Origin: an uncultured Parvularculaceae bacterium
GTDB lineage: Bacteria; Pseudomonadota; Alphaproteobacteria; Caulobacterales; Parvularculaceae
Length of the DNA stretch: 45,839 nt
Reading direction: 5' to 3'
Assembly: GCA_938010655.1 (NCBI GenBank)
Contig: CALLVA010000070.1
Location: 1 to 45,839, forward strand
The notes beneath the pieces are model-generated. The model saw nothing but the letters and a program-made list of their open reading frames with translations, did no database searches and was not told where the DNA came from. Positions 30,012 through 38,122 of the stretch are shown piece by piece. The position numbers and the translations under genes were made by a program. Numbering within the stretch: position 1 is the first letter of the stretch; each line of letters starts with the position of its first letter.

Positions 30012-30578
30012 ATGGAAGAGACCCTTGAAGAAACAATAGGTAAAATACCGGATGAGGCATGGCCTCTGATTGATCTCCTGACGAATTTAACGGTCGCATC
30101 TGTGGCGTTATGGGCAGCGGTTACAGCCTTTGTCCTTTTTCGGCGTGAAGCATCCAATTTAACGCCGGTCCATGCGACAAAAAAAAATAAAAAAGCGCAA
30201 CCCGACTTTTTGAAGGTCGATAAAAAGAAACGCAAAGAAGCATTGGCCAAAGGCAGAGGTTTTGAAAAAGATCTTCTAAAACGCGAAAAAAATGAAAGTA
30301 AAGCAGCTGAATATGCCCGCCGCGCAGGGCAATCCGCAGGTCAACGGATCGCAGGGCTCATCAGCTTTGTAATGTCGTTTTTCACTTTAGCCACAATGAT
30401 ATATGGCGCAATTTTCCAAGTCTCGCGCATGGGCAAAATGATGCAAGAATACTCAACTCTTGAGCGCATCACCGCAGTTATCCAAGCGCACCCCATCGCC
30501 TTCGTCATCGCCTCATTGGTGATCATTTTCCATATTTATCGATTTATCACTGGCCGCAAGTGGCAGCAGGAGCTTTAA
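30012..30578 (+). CDS. 3-TM membrane protein with a highly basic cytoplasmic linker, unknown function
   Basis: 188 aa. TM1 is VASVALWAAVTAFVLF. A Lys/Arg-rich stretch (KKNKKAQPDFLKVDKKKRKEALAKGR) follows, then two C-terminal TM helices. SD AAGGA. Confidence 0.6.
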   Translation: MEETLEETIGKIPDEAWPLIDLLTNLTVASVALWAAVTAFVLFRREASNLTPVHATKKNKKAQPDFLKVDKKKRKEALAKGRGFEKDLLKREKNESKAAEYARRAGQSAGQRIAGLISFVMSFFTLATMIYGAIFQVSRMGKMMQEYSTLERITAVIQAHPIAFVIASLVIIFHIYRFITGRKWQQEL

Positions 30579-30581
30579 CTC

Positions 30582-32249
30582 ATGGCATCAACTTCTCTCG
30601 TATTGACAGACCCGAACATGCTCGCAGAATTTGTGCGCGAATCTGAATTTAAAGCCATTTTTGAAAAGCGATTTGCAGCTCCGCCAGACCTCGCGGCTCT
30701 ATTATTTAAAAATGGTGAGCTCATTGATAGCTTTATTGGAGCGCATTTTTCCGTAGGCGGATTGGCAACTTCCCTACAAAGCCTTGTGGGGGGCTCTACC
30801 CATATTGCTTTAATGTTAGCGGATTTAAAGCCCTTTCAAGTGCAACTGCCTTTGTCGGCTCTATCTCGTGATCAAGTTGAGATTACGGGTCTTGCCACAT
30901 TAGAACTACAGCTTAACCCAGAAAAACCGTCTAATATTCTGGGTTTGATGAGCGGTGTCTCTCGCCAGCAATATGATCCTGAGACAGGCGATGTGCCCCT
31001 CACGGGCCAAAAAGCCCTCTCTCGCAATAATGTTCTCGACAGAATTGCACCGCATTTTCAAGACTGCATTATCGAAGCGGTGATTGGTCGAATGGATGCC
31101 ACAGATATTCGGGGGGAAACCGGCCTTCAAGATAAAATCCAAGCTGACATGATGCAGGAAGCAGAACGTATCTGTGGTGATCTGGGCCTCATGGTTCGGG
31201 CAGTTTCCGTGGAATGGGCCATGAATGCCGCAGAACGCGCCGCCTTCGAAAAAGCAGAAATTGACCGCCAGCAGGAAGCTTTGGACTATCAGTTAGACTT
31301 GCTAAAGCGCGATGTGGCGCGCCAATCTGATGCGGCTGAGTTTCAAATTTCTGCAACCGTTGATATCGAAAAAATAAAAACAGCCAGTACGGATGAATTA
31401 TCTTTAATGGTACTCAACAGCGAAGTTTCATTTCTCGATGCACGAAACGACGCAACCCGCAGGCAAGAAATGCAAGCCCTGGCTCACGAAATTGAAGTTC
31501 TACGAACAGAGCGAGCAGGCCGTATGGAAAATAGTCTTGCAGAAGCAGATCACTTAACAGATTTAACAAAACAGGCCGGACGATTGCGCGCGAGCGAAAG
31601 AGAAATTGAACTGCTCGACGCGAAACATCTTGCCGAAATGAAAAAGATAGGCGCATTTTCGGATCTTGAATTGCGCGAACGCAGCGAAAGAATGGAAATT
31701 GATCTCGCGCGAATTGCTGCTGAGCAATCGGCCAAAAACCTTCGTAGTTTGATGGATATTGAACAAGGGGGCATGGACCGCGACGCGGATCGAGACATCA
31801 AGGTCAATAATGCCACAACGGCAAATGAAATTGCGCGGCAAAAAGCAGAAACAGATAGCCGGACCGCGCAATTGCAAGCAGGCGCCAAAATGACCCCTGA
31901 GCAAATCATGGCGATTAATGCAGGTCTTTCAGCTGATGTCGCAGAAGTTTTGAAAGAGCAAGCACGCGCCAATGCAACATCTGGCGGCGACAGTATGGAA
32001 ATCATGCGCGGTCTGGTTAAAGATGCAGCCGAGGAACGCGAAACGTCTCGTCAACACGAGCTTAATATTCTCAAAGCAGGCATGGCAGGCGCCACTGGTG
32101 TAGCGCATGGAGCAGGCGGAAAAACCGGCGGCGATATACCAGCTGATTTAAACGGCGATGCCGCCAAAACAGAATGTCCAAAATGTGGGCGCGCTCTTGC
32201 GGCTAAGGCGAATTTTTGTGGCGGCTGCGGCCATAAAATGCGGACATAA
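30582..32249 (+). CDS. SPFH/band-7-like protein with a long coiled coil and a C-terminal zinc ribbon
   Basis: 555 aa. The N-terminal ~230 aa follow an SPFH-like strand pattern (LLFKNGELIDSF..., IALMLADLKPFQVQLP, DQVEITGLATLELQL). About 270 aa of charged heptad-like sequence follow. The end reads CPKCGRALAAKANFCGGCG. The start lies 3 nt after the previous stop, with the SD AGGAG inside the upstream gene. Confidence 0.55.
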   Translation: MASTSLVLTDPNMLAEFVRESEFKAIFEKRFAAPPDLAALLFKNGELIDSFIGAHFSVGGLATSLQSLVGGSTHIALMLADLKPFQVQLPLSALSRDQVEITGLATLELQLNPEKPSNILGLMSGVSRQQYDPETGDVPLTGQKALSRNNVLDRIAPHFQDCIIEAVIGRMDATDIRGETGLQDKIQADMMQEAERICGDLGLMVRAVSVEWAMNAAERAAFEKAEIDRQQEALDYQLDLLKRDVARQSDAAEFQISATVDIEKIKTASTDELSLMVLNSEVSFLDARNDATRRQEMQALAHEIEVLRTERAGRMENSLAEADHLTDLTKQAGRLRASEREIELLDAKHLAEMKKIGAFSDLELRERSERMEIDLARIAAEQSAKNLRSLMDIEQGGMDRDADRDIKVNNATTANEIARQKAETDSRTAQLQAGAKMTPEQIMAINAGLSADVAEVLKEQARANATSGGDSMEIMRGLVKDAAEERETSRQHELNILKAGMAGATGVAHGAGGKTGGDIPADLNGDAAKTECPKCGRALAAKANFCGGCGHKMRT

Positions 32250-32253
32250 CTCA

Positions 32254-33402
32254 ATGGCGCATTCTCCTACCCCAATGGCGCTTGCCGCGACCAGACCACC
32301 TTGCTGCTATACAACAGCCATGGATATGACAGAGTCATTCTGTACAGATTGCGGCGACCCTCTCATTAGATGTATTGCTTTTGAAGAATGCGGCGGTTTG
32401 TTAGGAGATGATGGTTTGTGTACGGTCTGTATTGCCCCAACGATTCAGATCGCGGCAGTGGCAACTCTTGATGCTAAAATTGGTGAAAAAATCGCTCTTC
32501 CAATTTTAATTGAAAATATTTCCTCCGTTGGACGACCTCTTTTTGTTACATCGCTCTGGAGCAGAGAAGCCAAAGGAGAATGGCACAAGCAAGACTTGCC
32601 TTGGGATCAATTAAAAATCGGCAAAGCACGCCCCGCGACGCTTTTGGCGAATGCTCTCAAAGATGCAGGGGTACACCCTATTGAAATTTTAATCACTGTC
32701 TCAAGTCGTTGGAGATGGCGCGAAGAGTGTTTTGCTTTTTCCACAAACTTCACCCTGAATGTTGCAGATGACAAGCAAGAAGCAAGTCCGACCGTAAATA
32801 TTGGCGGGACAAGCGCCGGGCACGGCAACACGGTTTATATTGCTGGAAACAAAGAAAAATCTTCTCAAAAAAATGTTTCAGAAGCAGATTATTTACTGGC
32901 TTTAAACAGAGCCGAAATTGACGAAAGACGATTAGGATTACGTGGTCATTCTGAGACAGGGTTTTCAATTCCCCGCCAAACACAAATTCACTGGCGCGGT
33001 TTTATGGAAAACCAAACCCCGAATATTGGCCCTATTCTGACCCCCGACGGTATTTTGGCTATTGGGCGGAGCAAGCCCCTTTCACAGAATGGTCTTGGGG
33101 ATGTGCGCCTTCTTGCGACAAAGGCAAATGGCGAAATTGATCCTGATATAAGCCGAATGATTTCACGTCGTCATTTTGAACTTTATATTGAATGTGATCG
33201 TTTAATGCTCCGTGTCACCTCTAATAATGGACTTCGCATCAACGGTGAAGCTTATGGAGCAGGTAAAACAGTTTGCCTAAATGACAAGGATGAAATTTCT
33301 CCCTTGATTGCCTCTCCCGAAGCGCTGCGCTTATCCGTTCATTTTCAAATCGAACATGGCCGCGTCAACCAAGTGACCATGACGCGCTCCACCGCGCCTT
33401 AA
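32254..33402 (+). CDS. zinc-ribbon + FHA domain protein
   Basis: 382 aa from ATG 32254. The track start 32158 would overlap the upstream gene. The N-terminal Cys cluster is FCTDCGDPLIRC...CGG...CTVC. The C-terminal FHA signature is IGRS...ISRRHFELYIECDRLMLRVTSNNGLRINGE. Confidence 0.75.
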   Translation: MAHSPTPMALAATRPPCCYTTAMDMTESFCTDCGDPLIRCIAFEECGGLLGDDGLCTVCIAPTIQIAAVATLDAKIGEKIALPILIENISSVGRPLFVTSLWSREAKGEWHKQDLPWDQLKIGKARPATLLANALKDAGVHPIEILITVSSRWRWREECFAFSTNFTLNVADDKQEASPTVNIGGTSAGHGNTVYIAGNKEKSSQKNVSEADYLLALNRAEIDERRLGLRGHSETGFSIPRQTQIHWRGFMENQTPNIGPILTPDGILAIGRSKPLSQNGLGDVRLLATKANGEIDPDISRMISRRHFELYIECDRLMLRVTSNNGLRINGEAYGAGKTVCLNDKDEISPLIASPEALRLSVHFQIEHGRVNQVTMTRSTAP

Positions 33403-33416
33403 GAAGGACTAGAAGA

Positions 33417-35087
33417 ATGACATGCTTTAATTGCTATGCCGAAGTTGATGACGATGATCTCTTTTGTGCCGAATGCGGACAAGAATTAGGCGCGCAAAAA
33501 AGATCTGAAGCCAAAGCCAGCGCAATGGTCACGCTTGGAGGGCTGGAGACTCTTGATGATACACAGACAGCTCACAAATCAGTTTCAAAAACACCAACAC
33601 TTGAAAAAGGGACTGTTTTTGCTGATCGCTATGTGATTGAAGACGTCATTGGCCGCGGCGGCATGGGCGTTGTTTATCGCGCTGAGGACAACCTAGCCGC
33701 TAAAACTGTTGCGCTTAAATTGATCCGTCCAGAAAGATTGGCTGGGACCAATGCTGTTCAACGGCTCATCAGTGAAGGCATAACCGCAAGAGATATTCGC
33801 CATCCAAATGTCATCGCGGTTTATGATGTGGGCGAGTCGAACGGCCAACCCTTTGTATCCATGGAATATTTACCGGGAGATTCCTTGCGGGGGTGGCATC
33901 GTAAAAAAATTCAAGCCCGCGAAGATGTCCCATTGCGAGTGGCAGCGCGCATTATCATCGAAATTTTAGACGGGCTCAAAGCGGCACATGATGCAAATGT
34001 CATTCACCGGGATCTGAAACCTGATAATATTATTTTGATGGGGGAGCCATCAGAAGAAGCAGCCCCGCTCAAGATTCTTGATTTTGGCATTGCCAGAGCG
34101 GTTGGCAGCGCCACAGACAGCAATACCGGCACAGGGCTTGGCACACCGCGTTATATGGCACCTGAACAAATTACCAATCCAGATACAGCGGATGCGTCTT
34201 CCGATTTATATTCCCTCTCAATTATTTTTTATGAACTTCTGGTAGATGTCTTGCCACAAGGGCACTGGCAACCTCCTTCTGGGGGAAGATCAGATATTCC
34301 TTCTTTAATTGATACACTGATTGAAAAAGGCCTATCCAATCGACCTGGTAACCGTCCACAAACGGCGGCTTCTTATCGGCAAACCCTGATAGACGCTGTT
34401 AATATTCAAAATAGTTCTCAAAAGCCAGTTAAGCCTAAATTAATCCCTACACCACAACGACATGATAATGATCAATCCCCATCACCTTTCGTTAAATGGA
34501 TCAAGATTGGCGCAGCAGTCATTTTAGGCCTCGCTGCCATTGGTTATTTTTTACCTGATGAAGATCCGTGCGAATATTTGACGGGCCGTGAGTATGATGC
34601 ATGTCGTTATTCAAATTATATTGAGCCACCAGCGCCCGACCCAGACCAAAACTTGACCCCAGATCCAGTGCCAGAAAAAATAGCTGAAGTTGAGCTTGAG
34701 CCCGAGCCTATCCCTCAACCCAAACCGAAACCGAAGCCAAAGCCAAAGCCTAAACCACCATTACCGACTTCCCCTTATGCGGCATTGAATGGCGCTTGGG
34801 ACGATGGCATAGGCACTGTATATGATATCTCTATAGACGCCTCTGGCACATTTCGTGGGTCTGGATATTCAGCAGACGGTGTCGCGCTATCCATCATCGG
34901 GCAATTCTCAAATCAAAACGCGACTTATACGCTTAGCGCGCCTTCCTTAGGCATTTCGCTCAACGGTCGTGCGCAATGGGATCGTGGATGCCACATCAAT
35001 TTCAGCACTTTTGATGTTTATAATCAGGGCATATTCGAGCAAGGCCAAATGCACGTCAATCACGCCCCAGGGGGCCCCTGCCCCTGA
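33417..35087 (+). CDS. Ser/Thr protein kinase with an N-terminal zinc ribbon, a TM helix, a Pro-Lys linker and a small C-terminal ectodomain
   Basis: 556 aa. The zinc ribbon is CFNC...FCAECG. The kinase motifs are GRGGMGVVY, ALKLI, HRDLKPDNIIL, DFGIARAV and GTPRYMAPE. The TM helix is IGAAVILGLAAIGYFL. The last ~110 aa are beta-rich with two Cys. Confidence 0.88.
   Translation: MTCFNCYAEVDDDDLFCAECGQELGAQKRSEAKASAMVTLGGLETLDDTQTAHKSVSKTPTLEKGTVFADRYVIEDVIGRGGMGVVYRAEDNLAAKTVALKLIRPERLAGTNAVQRLISEGITARDIRHPNVIAVYDVGESNGQPFVSMEYLPGDSLRGWHRKKIQAREDVPLRVAARIIIEILDGLKAAHDANVIHRDLKPDNIILMGEPSEEAAPLKILDFGIARAVGSATDSNTGTGLGTPRYMAPEQITNPDTADASSDLYSLSIIFYELLVDVLPQGHWQPPSGGRSDIPSLIDTLIEKGLSNRPGNRPQTAASYRQTLIDAVNIQNSSQKPVKPKLIPTPQRHDNDQSPSPFVKWIKIGAAVILGLAAIGYFLPDEDPCEYLTGREYDACRYSNYIEPPAPDPDQNLTPDPVPEKIAEVELEPEPIPQPKPKPKPKPKPKPPLPTSPYAALNGAWDDGIGTVYDISIDASGTFRGSGYSADGVALSIIGQFSNQNATYTLSAPSLGISLNGRAQWDRGCHINFSTFDVYNQGIFEQGQMHVNHAPGGPCP
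34719..34757 (+). repeat. in-frame hexanucleotide (CCN-AAR) tandem repeat encoding (PK)6-PP
   Basis: The sequence is ccc aaa ccg aaa ccg aag cca aag cca aag cct aaa cca. It encodes the PKPKPKPKPKPKPP linker just outside the TM helix of the second kinase. Confidence 0.9.
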
Positions 35088-35145
35088 TCTAAATTCTTCT
35101 TAAGTCCTATTTCAATTAAGAACCAACCCTTGAAGGGAAAATCGC

Positions 35146-36093
35146 ATGACCCATGACTGGCAAAATTATAAACTGACCGGCTGTATTTTCGAAACCAACC
35201 CAAAACCAGCGCCCACTCTTTCGACACCGTCTATTCAACTTCCAGATCGCGTTGACTTGAGAGTGCATTGCTCCCCGGTGGAAAACCAGTTGCAAACAAA
35301 TTCTTGCGTTGCAAATGCTGTTGTGGGCGCTTTGGAGTTTCATCAAAAAAAGGCAGGTCTTCCGTTGACGGACCTTTCTCGCCTTTATGTTTATTATAAT
35401 GCAAGGGCGCTGGCCGGTGCAGAAATGCAAGATGGGGGAAGTTTAATCCATCATGGTATGGCCGCTGTTTTGGCGCATGGCGCATGCGAAGCGCGGATGT
35501 GGCCTTTTCAAGAGGCGATGGTCACGACCCGGCCTACGGAAGCTTGCTATAAAGATGCAATGCGCAATGAAGCCGTGCAATTTGCCCGAACCCCTGTTGG
35601 TGTTCCGGCGCTCACGGCTCTGTCCCAAGGCCTACCTGTGGTCTTTGGCATGTATGCCCCAAGTGAATATTATCAAATCGCCGCACAAACTGGCGTTATG
35701 CCAAAACCCAGCGAAGTTGTTACAACACAGCCTCCTTCCGGCCACGCCATGTTGATAGTCGGATATGATATGACGGAGCAAACATATCTCGTCCGCAATA
35801 GTTGGAGCGCAGCATGGGCAGATCAAGGCTATTGCCGTATTCCGTTTGAAACTCTGGAAGCTTGGGGGCCAAGCGACGCCTTCTGGACGATTGGCGCCAT
35901 TGAGCAAACATCAGGCTTCAGCTTGAGTGGACCGTCAATGCTTGAGTCTATGTCTTCCTTTGGCATCACAACAGAAACACTTGCGGCAGGCCCATCTTCC
36001 CTCGGACAATTGCGAACAGATTTGCGCGCTAGCCTTACCAGCGAATTAGAAAGCGCCAAACGCGACTTCAAAGACCGCTTGCGCGGCAAATAA
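35146..36093 (+). CDS. papain-like (C1 family) cysteine peptidase, leaderless
   Basis: 315 aa. The catalytic set is Gln48, Cys54 (ENQLQTNSCVANAV), His200 (PSGHAMLIVGYD) and Asn218-Ser-Trp (VRNSWSAAWADQGY). It has no signal peptide and no long propeptide. The C-terminal ~65-aa tail is Ser/Thr-rich and ends in a charged helix. Confidence 0.85.
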   Translation: MTHDWQNYKLTGCIFETNPKPAPTLSTPSIQLPDRVDLRVHCSPVENQLQTNSCVANAVVGALEFHQKKAGLPLTDLSRLYVYYNARALAGAEMQDGGSLIHHGMAAVLAHGACEARMWPFQEAMVTTRPTEACYKDAMRNEAVQFARTPVGVPALTALSQGLPVVFGMYAPSEYYQIAAQTGVMPKPSEVVTTQPPSGHAMLIVGYDMTEQTYLVRNSWSAAWADQGYCRIPFETLEAWGPSDAFWTIGAIEQTSGFSLSGPSMLESMSSFGITTETLAAGPSSLGQLRTDLRASLTSELESAKRDFKDRLRGK

Positions 36094-36144
36094 GTTCCAA
36101 TCTCTTTCTCAGGATATTTCCCTCTAGATCGACATGCATTCTAC

Positions 36145-36171
36145 TAATCCCTCTTATCTTAAGAGGGATTA
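36145..36171 (+). terminator. strong hairpin closing the kinase-to-protease operon
   Basis: TAATCCCTCTTA-tct-TAAGAGGGATTA, a 12-bp perfect stem, lies 52 nt after the protease stop. A T-rich stretch follows about 15 nt later rather than immediately. Confidence 0.55.
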
Positions 36172-36278
36172 ACGCAGATATTCTTGCTTTTTACGCGTGG
36201 AAATGCGACGCTCTGACACCGGTATCAATAACTTGTATAGGCAGAACTTTGCCAGAAATACCTGGAAGGAAACATTTC

Positions 36279-37949
36279 ATGAAGATCAAATCCCCCCTCC
36301 TCACGAGCATTTGCGCAGCTGCCATGATGGCCATGCTCCCCGCGACAAGCTCGGCGCAAGACCTCCCAGACATTTTGACGAGTGATGAACATTATCTCCC
36401 TGATTTTTCATATGCTGGCTATAAATTCGGCATGGAAGAAGTGCCGGGCGCTTCTGGCAAAGTTATTAATGTCAGCAAATATGGTGCTAAACCAAATGAT
36501 GGCGTAGATGATACCCAAGGCATTAAAGACGCAATCGCTGCAGCAAATAACGTAAAAGGCGCGGTCACGGTTCGCTTCCATGCTGGCAAATTTATCATTA
36601 CGGACATTATCGAAGTCACCCGAAGTGATATTGTGCTGCAAGGCTCTGGCCGCAGCGAAGCAGGCACCACTCTCTACTTCCCGCGCCCACTGCGCATGGT
36701 GGATGATGGCGGCAAGCTTTCTGAAATTCGCAAATATCTTGTGAAATATGAAAAACGCCAGCGGGACAAAGACGCTAATCTCGATGTCTTGTTTTCAGAA
36801 TATTCTTGGACATCTGGTTTCATCTGGATCGGGCGTAAAGGTCATCGGTCTTATGCCTATTTGGAAGAATATGATCGGCCTGCTGATCCCTCGCTTTCCA
36901 CTGGTTTAAATGGCCAACGCGGCAAACGCACCATTAAGGTCACAAACGCGGCGAGCTTTACGCCCGGTCAACGTATTCAAGTGCTCTGGCATAATCGCCA
37001 AGGCGAAAACGGCGCATTGGTGCAATCTTTATACAATAATACCGAAGCAAAAGTTGGCTCGCGCCATTGGACATCTCCAGAAAAACCTTTGGTCAAGCAA
37101 CGCACAGTCGTTGAAAGCGTAAATGGCGACACGATCACCATCGCGGATACATTGCTGCATGATATTAACGCCGACTTGCCAGCCAATTTAACAGCTTGGG
37201 CTCCTTTGGAAAATGTCGGTGTTGAAGATTTCAGATTTGAATTTGCTGCCTCCCCATATTTTGGCCACCATGTGGAACAGGGATATAATGGTGTTTATTT
37301 GACAGATTCAGCTGATAGTTGGGTCCGCAATCTGACGTTCCTGAACGCAGATAGTGGGATCATTTCTTATGATAGTGCTAATGTAACGATTAGCGATATT
37401 CGCTCCATAGGTGATCGCCCCGCGCATTATGCTGTGCATATGGGAAATGTGCATAATTTCCTCGCGGAGCGCGTGCAGGTTTTCAATCCTGTCATCCATT
37501 CTTTGACATTTAACACCCAATCAACGCGGTCCGTTTATAAAGATGCAGAAGTCTTTTCCGCTGCCGTGCTTGATCAACATGCTGGGGCAAACCACCAAAA
37601 TCTCTTTGATAATGTGACGCTTCATATTGATGCTAAGCCCGGCAAGAAACGCGCCTCCTACCCTGTCTTTAACGGTAGTGGCGCTGGTTATTGGCAGCCG
37701 GGACATGGCAGCTTCAACACAGCTTGGAACTTGCAGCTCATCGTTGAAAGCGGCGCACCTGGGAACCAGACCGTTCATGTAGAGGGCCTCGCAGAAGGAC
37801 CAGACGCACGGATCATCGGCCTCTCAGGTAATCGTCCGTTAACGTTGGAATATAACCCGGCACCTTATGTTGAAGATATGAATGTACGCGTTGATATGGT
37901 GCCATCTTTATACGAATACCAATTGCAGCAACGCAAAATGGGCAAGTAA
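36279..37949 (+). CDS. secreted right-handed beta-helix protein (pectate-lyase-superfamily / glycosidase-like)
   Basis: Start taken at ATG 36279 (SD GGAAGGA). The track uses TTG 36249. The signal peptide is MKIKSPLLTSICAAAMMAMLPATSSA/QD. The motif INVSKYGAKPNDGVDDTQGIKDAIAAAN is typical of Pectate_lyase_3-type N-termini. Confidence 0.7.
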   Translation: MKIKSPLLTSICAAAMMAMLPATSSAQDLPDILTSDEHYLPDFSYAGYKFGMEEVPGASGKVINVSKYGAKPNDGVDDTQGIKDAIAAANNVKGAVTVRFHAGKFIITDIIEVTRSDIVLQGSGRSEAGTTLYFPRPLRMVDDGGKLSEIRKYLVKYEKRQRDKDANLDVLFSEYSWTSGFIWIGRKGHRSYAYLEEYDRPADPSLSTGLNGQRGKRTIKVTNAASFTPGQRIQVLWHNRQGENGALVQSLYNNTEAKVGSRHWTSPEKPLVKQRTVVESVNGDTITIADTLLHDINADLPANLTAWAPLENVGVEDFRFEFAASPYFGHHVEQGYNGVYLTDSADSWVRNLTFLNADSGIISYDSANVTISDIRSIGDRPAHYAVHMGNVHNFLAERVQVFNPVIHSLTFNTQSTRSVYKDAEVFSAAVLDQHAGANHQNLFDNVTLHIDAKPGKKRASYPVFNGSGAGYWQPGHGSFNTAWNLQLIVESGAPGNQTVHVEGLAEGPDARIIGLSGNRPLTLEYNPAPYVEDMNVRVDMVPSLYEYQLQQRKMGK

Positions 37950-37974
37950 GATCCACTATAATTTAGTGCCAAAA

Positions 37975-38007
37975 GGGCGACCCCTCTTGATGGGTCGCCC
38001 TTTTTTT
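37975..38007 (+). terminator. rho-independent terminator of the beta-helix protein gene
   Basis: GGGCGACCC-ctcttgat-GGGTCGCCC followed by TTTTTTT. Confidence 0.85.
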
Positions 38008-38070
38008 GCTTTTAGAGGGCGGTTTTCTATTGCGCCAGCCTACAGTCGAAATGATGTGGTTCACCCAATA

Positions 38071-38100
38071 AAAATGGCGAGACTTTCGCCTCGCCATTTT
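38071..38100 (-). terminator. rho-independent terminator of dctM (flanked by A and T runs, so possibly bidirectional)
   Basis: AAAAATGGCGAG-actttcgc-CTCGCCATTTTT lies about 23 nt past the dctM stop. Confidence 0.75.
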
Positions 38101-38122
38101 TGATAAAGAAATAGCTTTTGCC

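Noticed and set aside
32158-32253. The upstream extension of the FHA ORF (track start 32158).
   Set aside because: It would overlap the last 92 nt of the SPFH/zinc-ribbon gene in another frame. ATG 32254 lies 4 nt after that gene's stop and fits the operon spacing.
25414-36093. Interpreting the FHA/kinase/phosphatase genes as the T6SS post-translational regulatory module (Fha/PpkA/PppA).
   Set aside because: No T6SS structural genes occur anywhere in the window. The phosphatase is PPP-type rather than PP2C. The partners (ECF sigma, SPFH, C1 protease) are foreign to that module.
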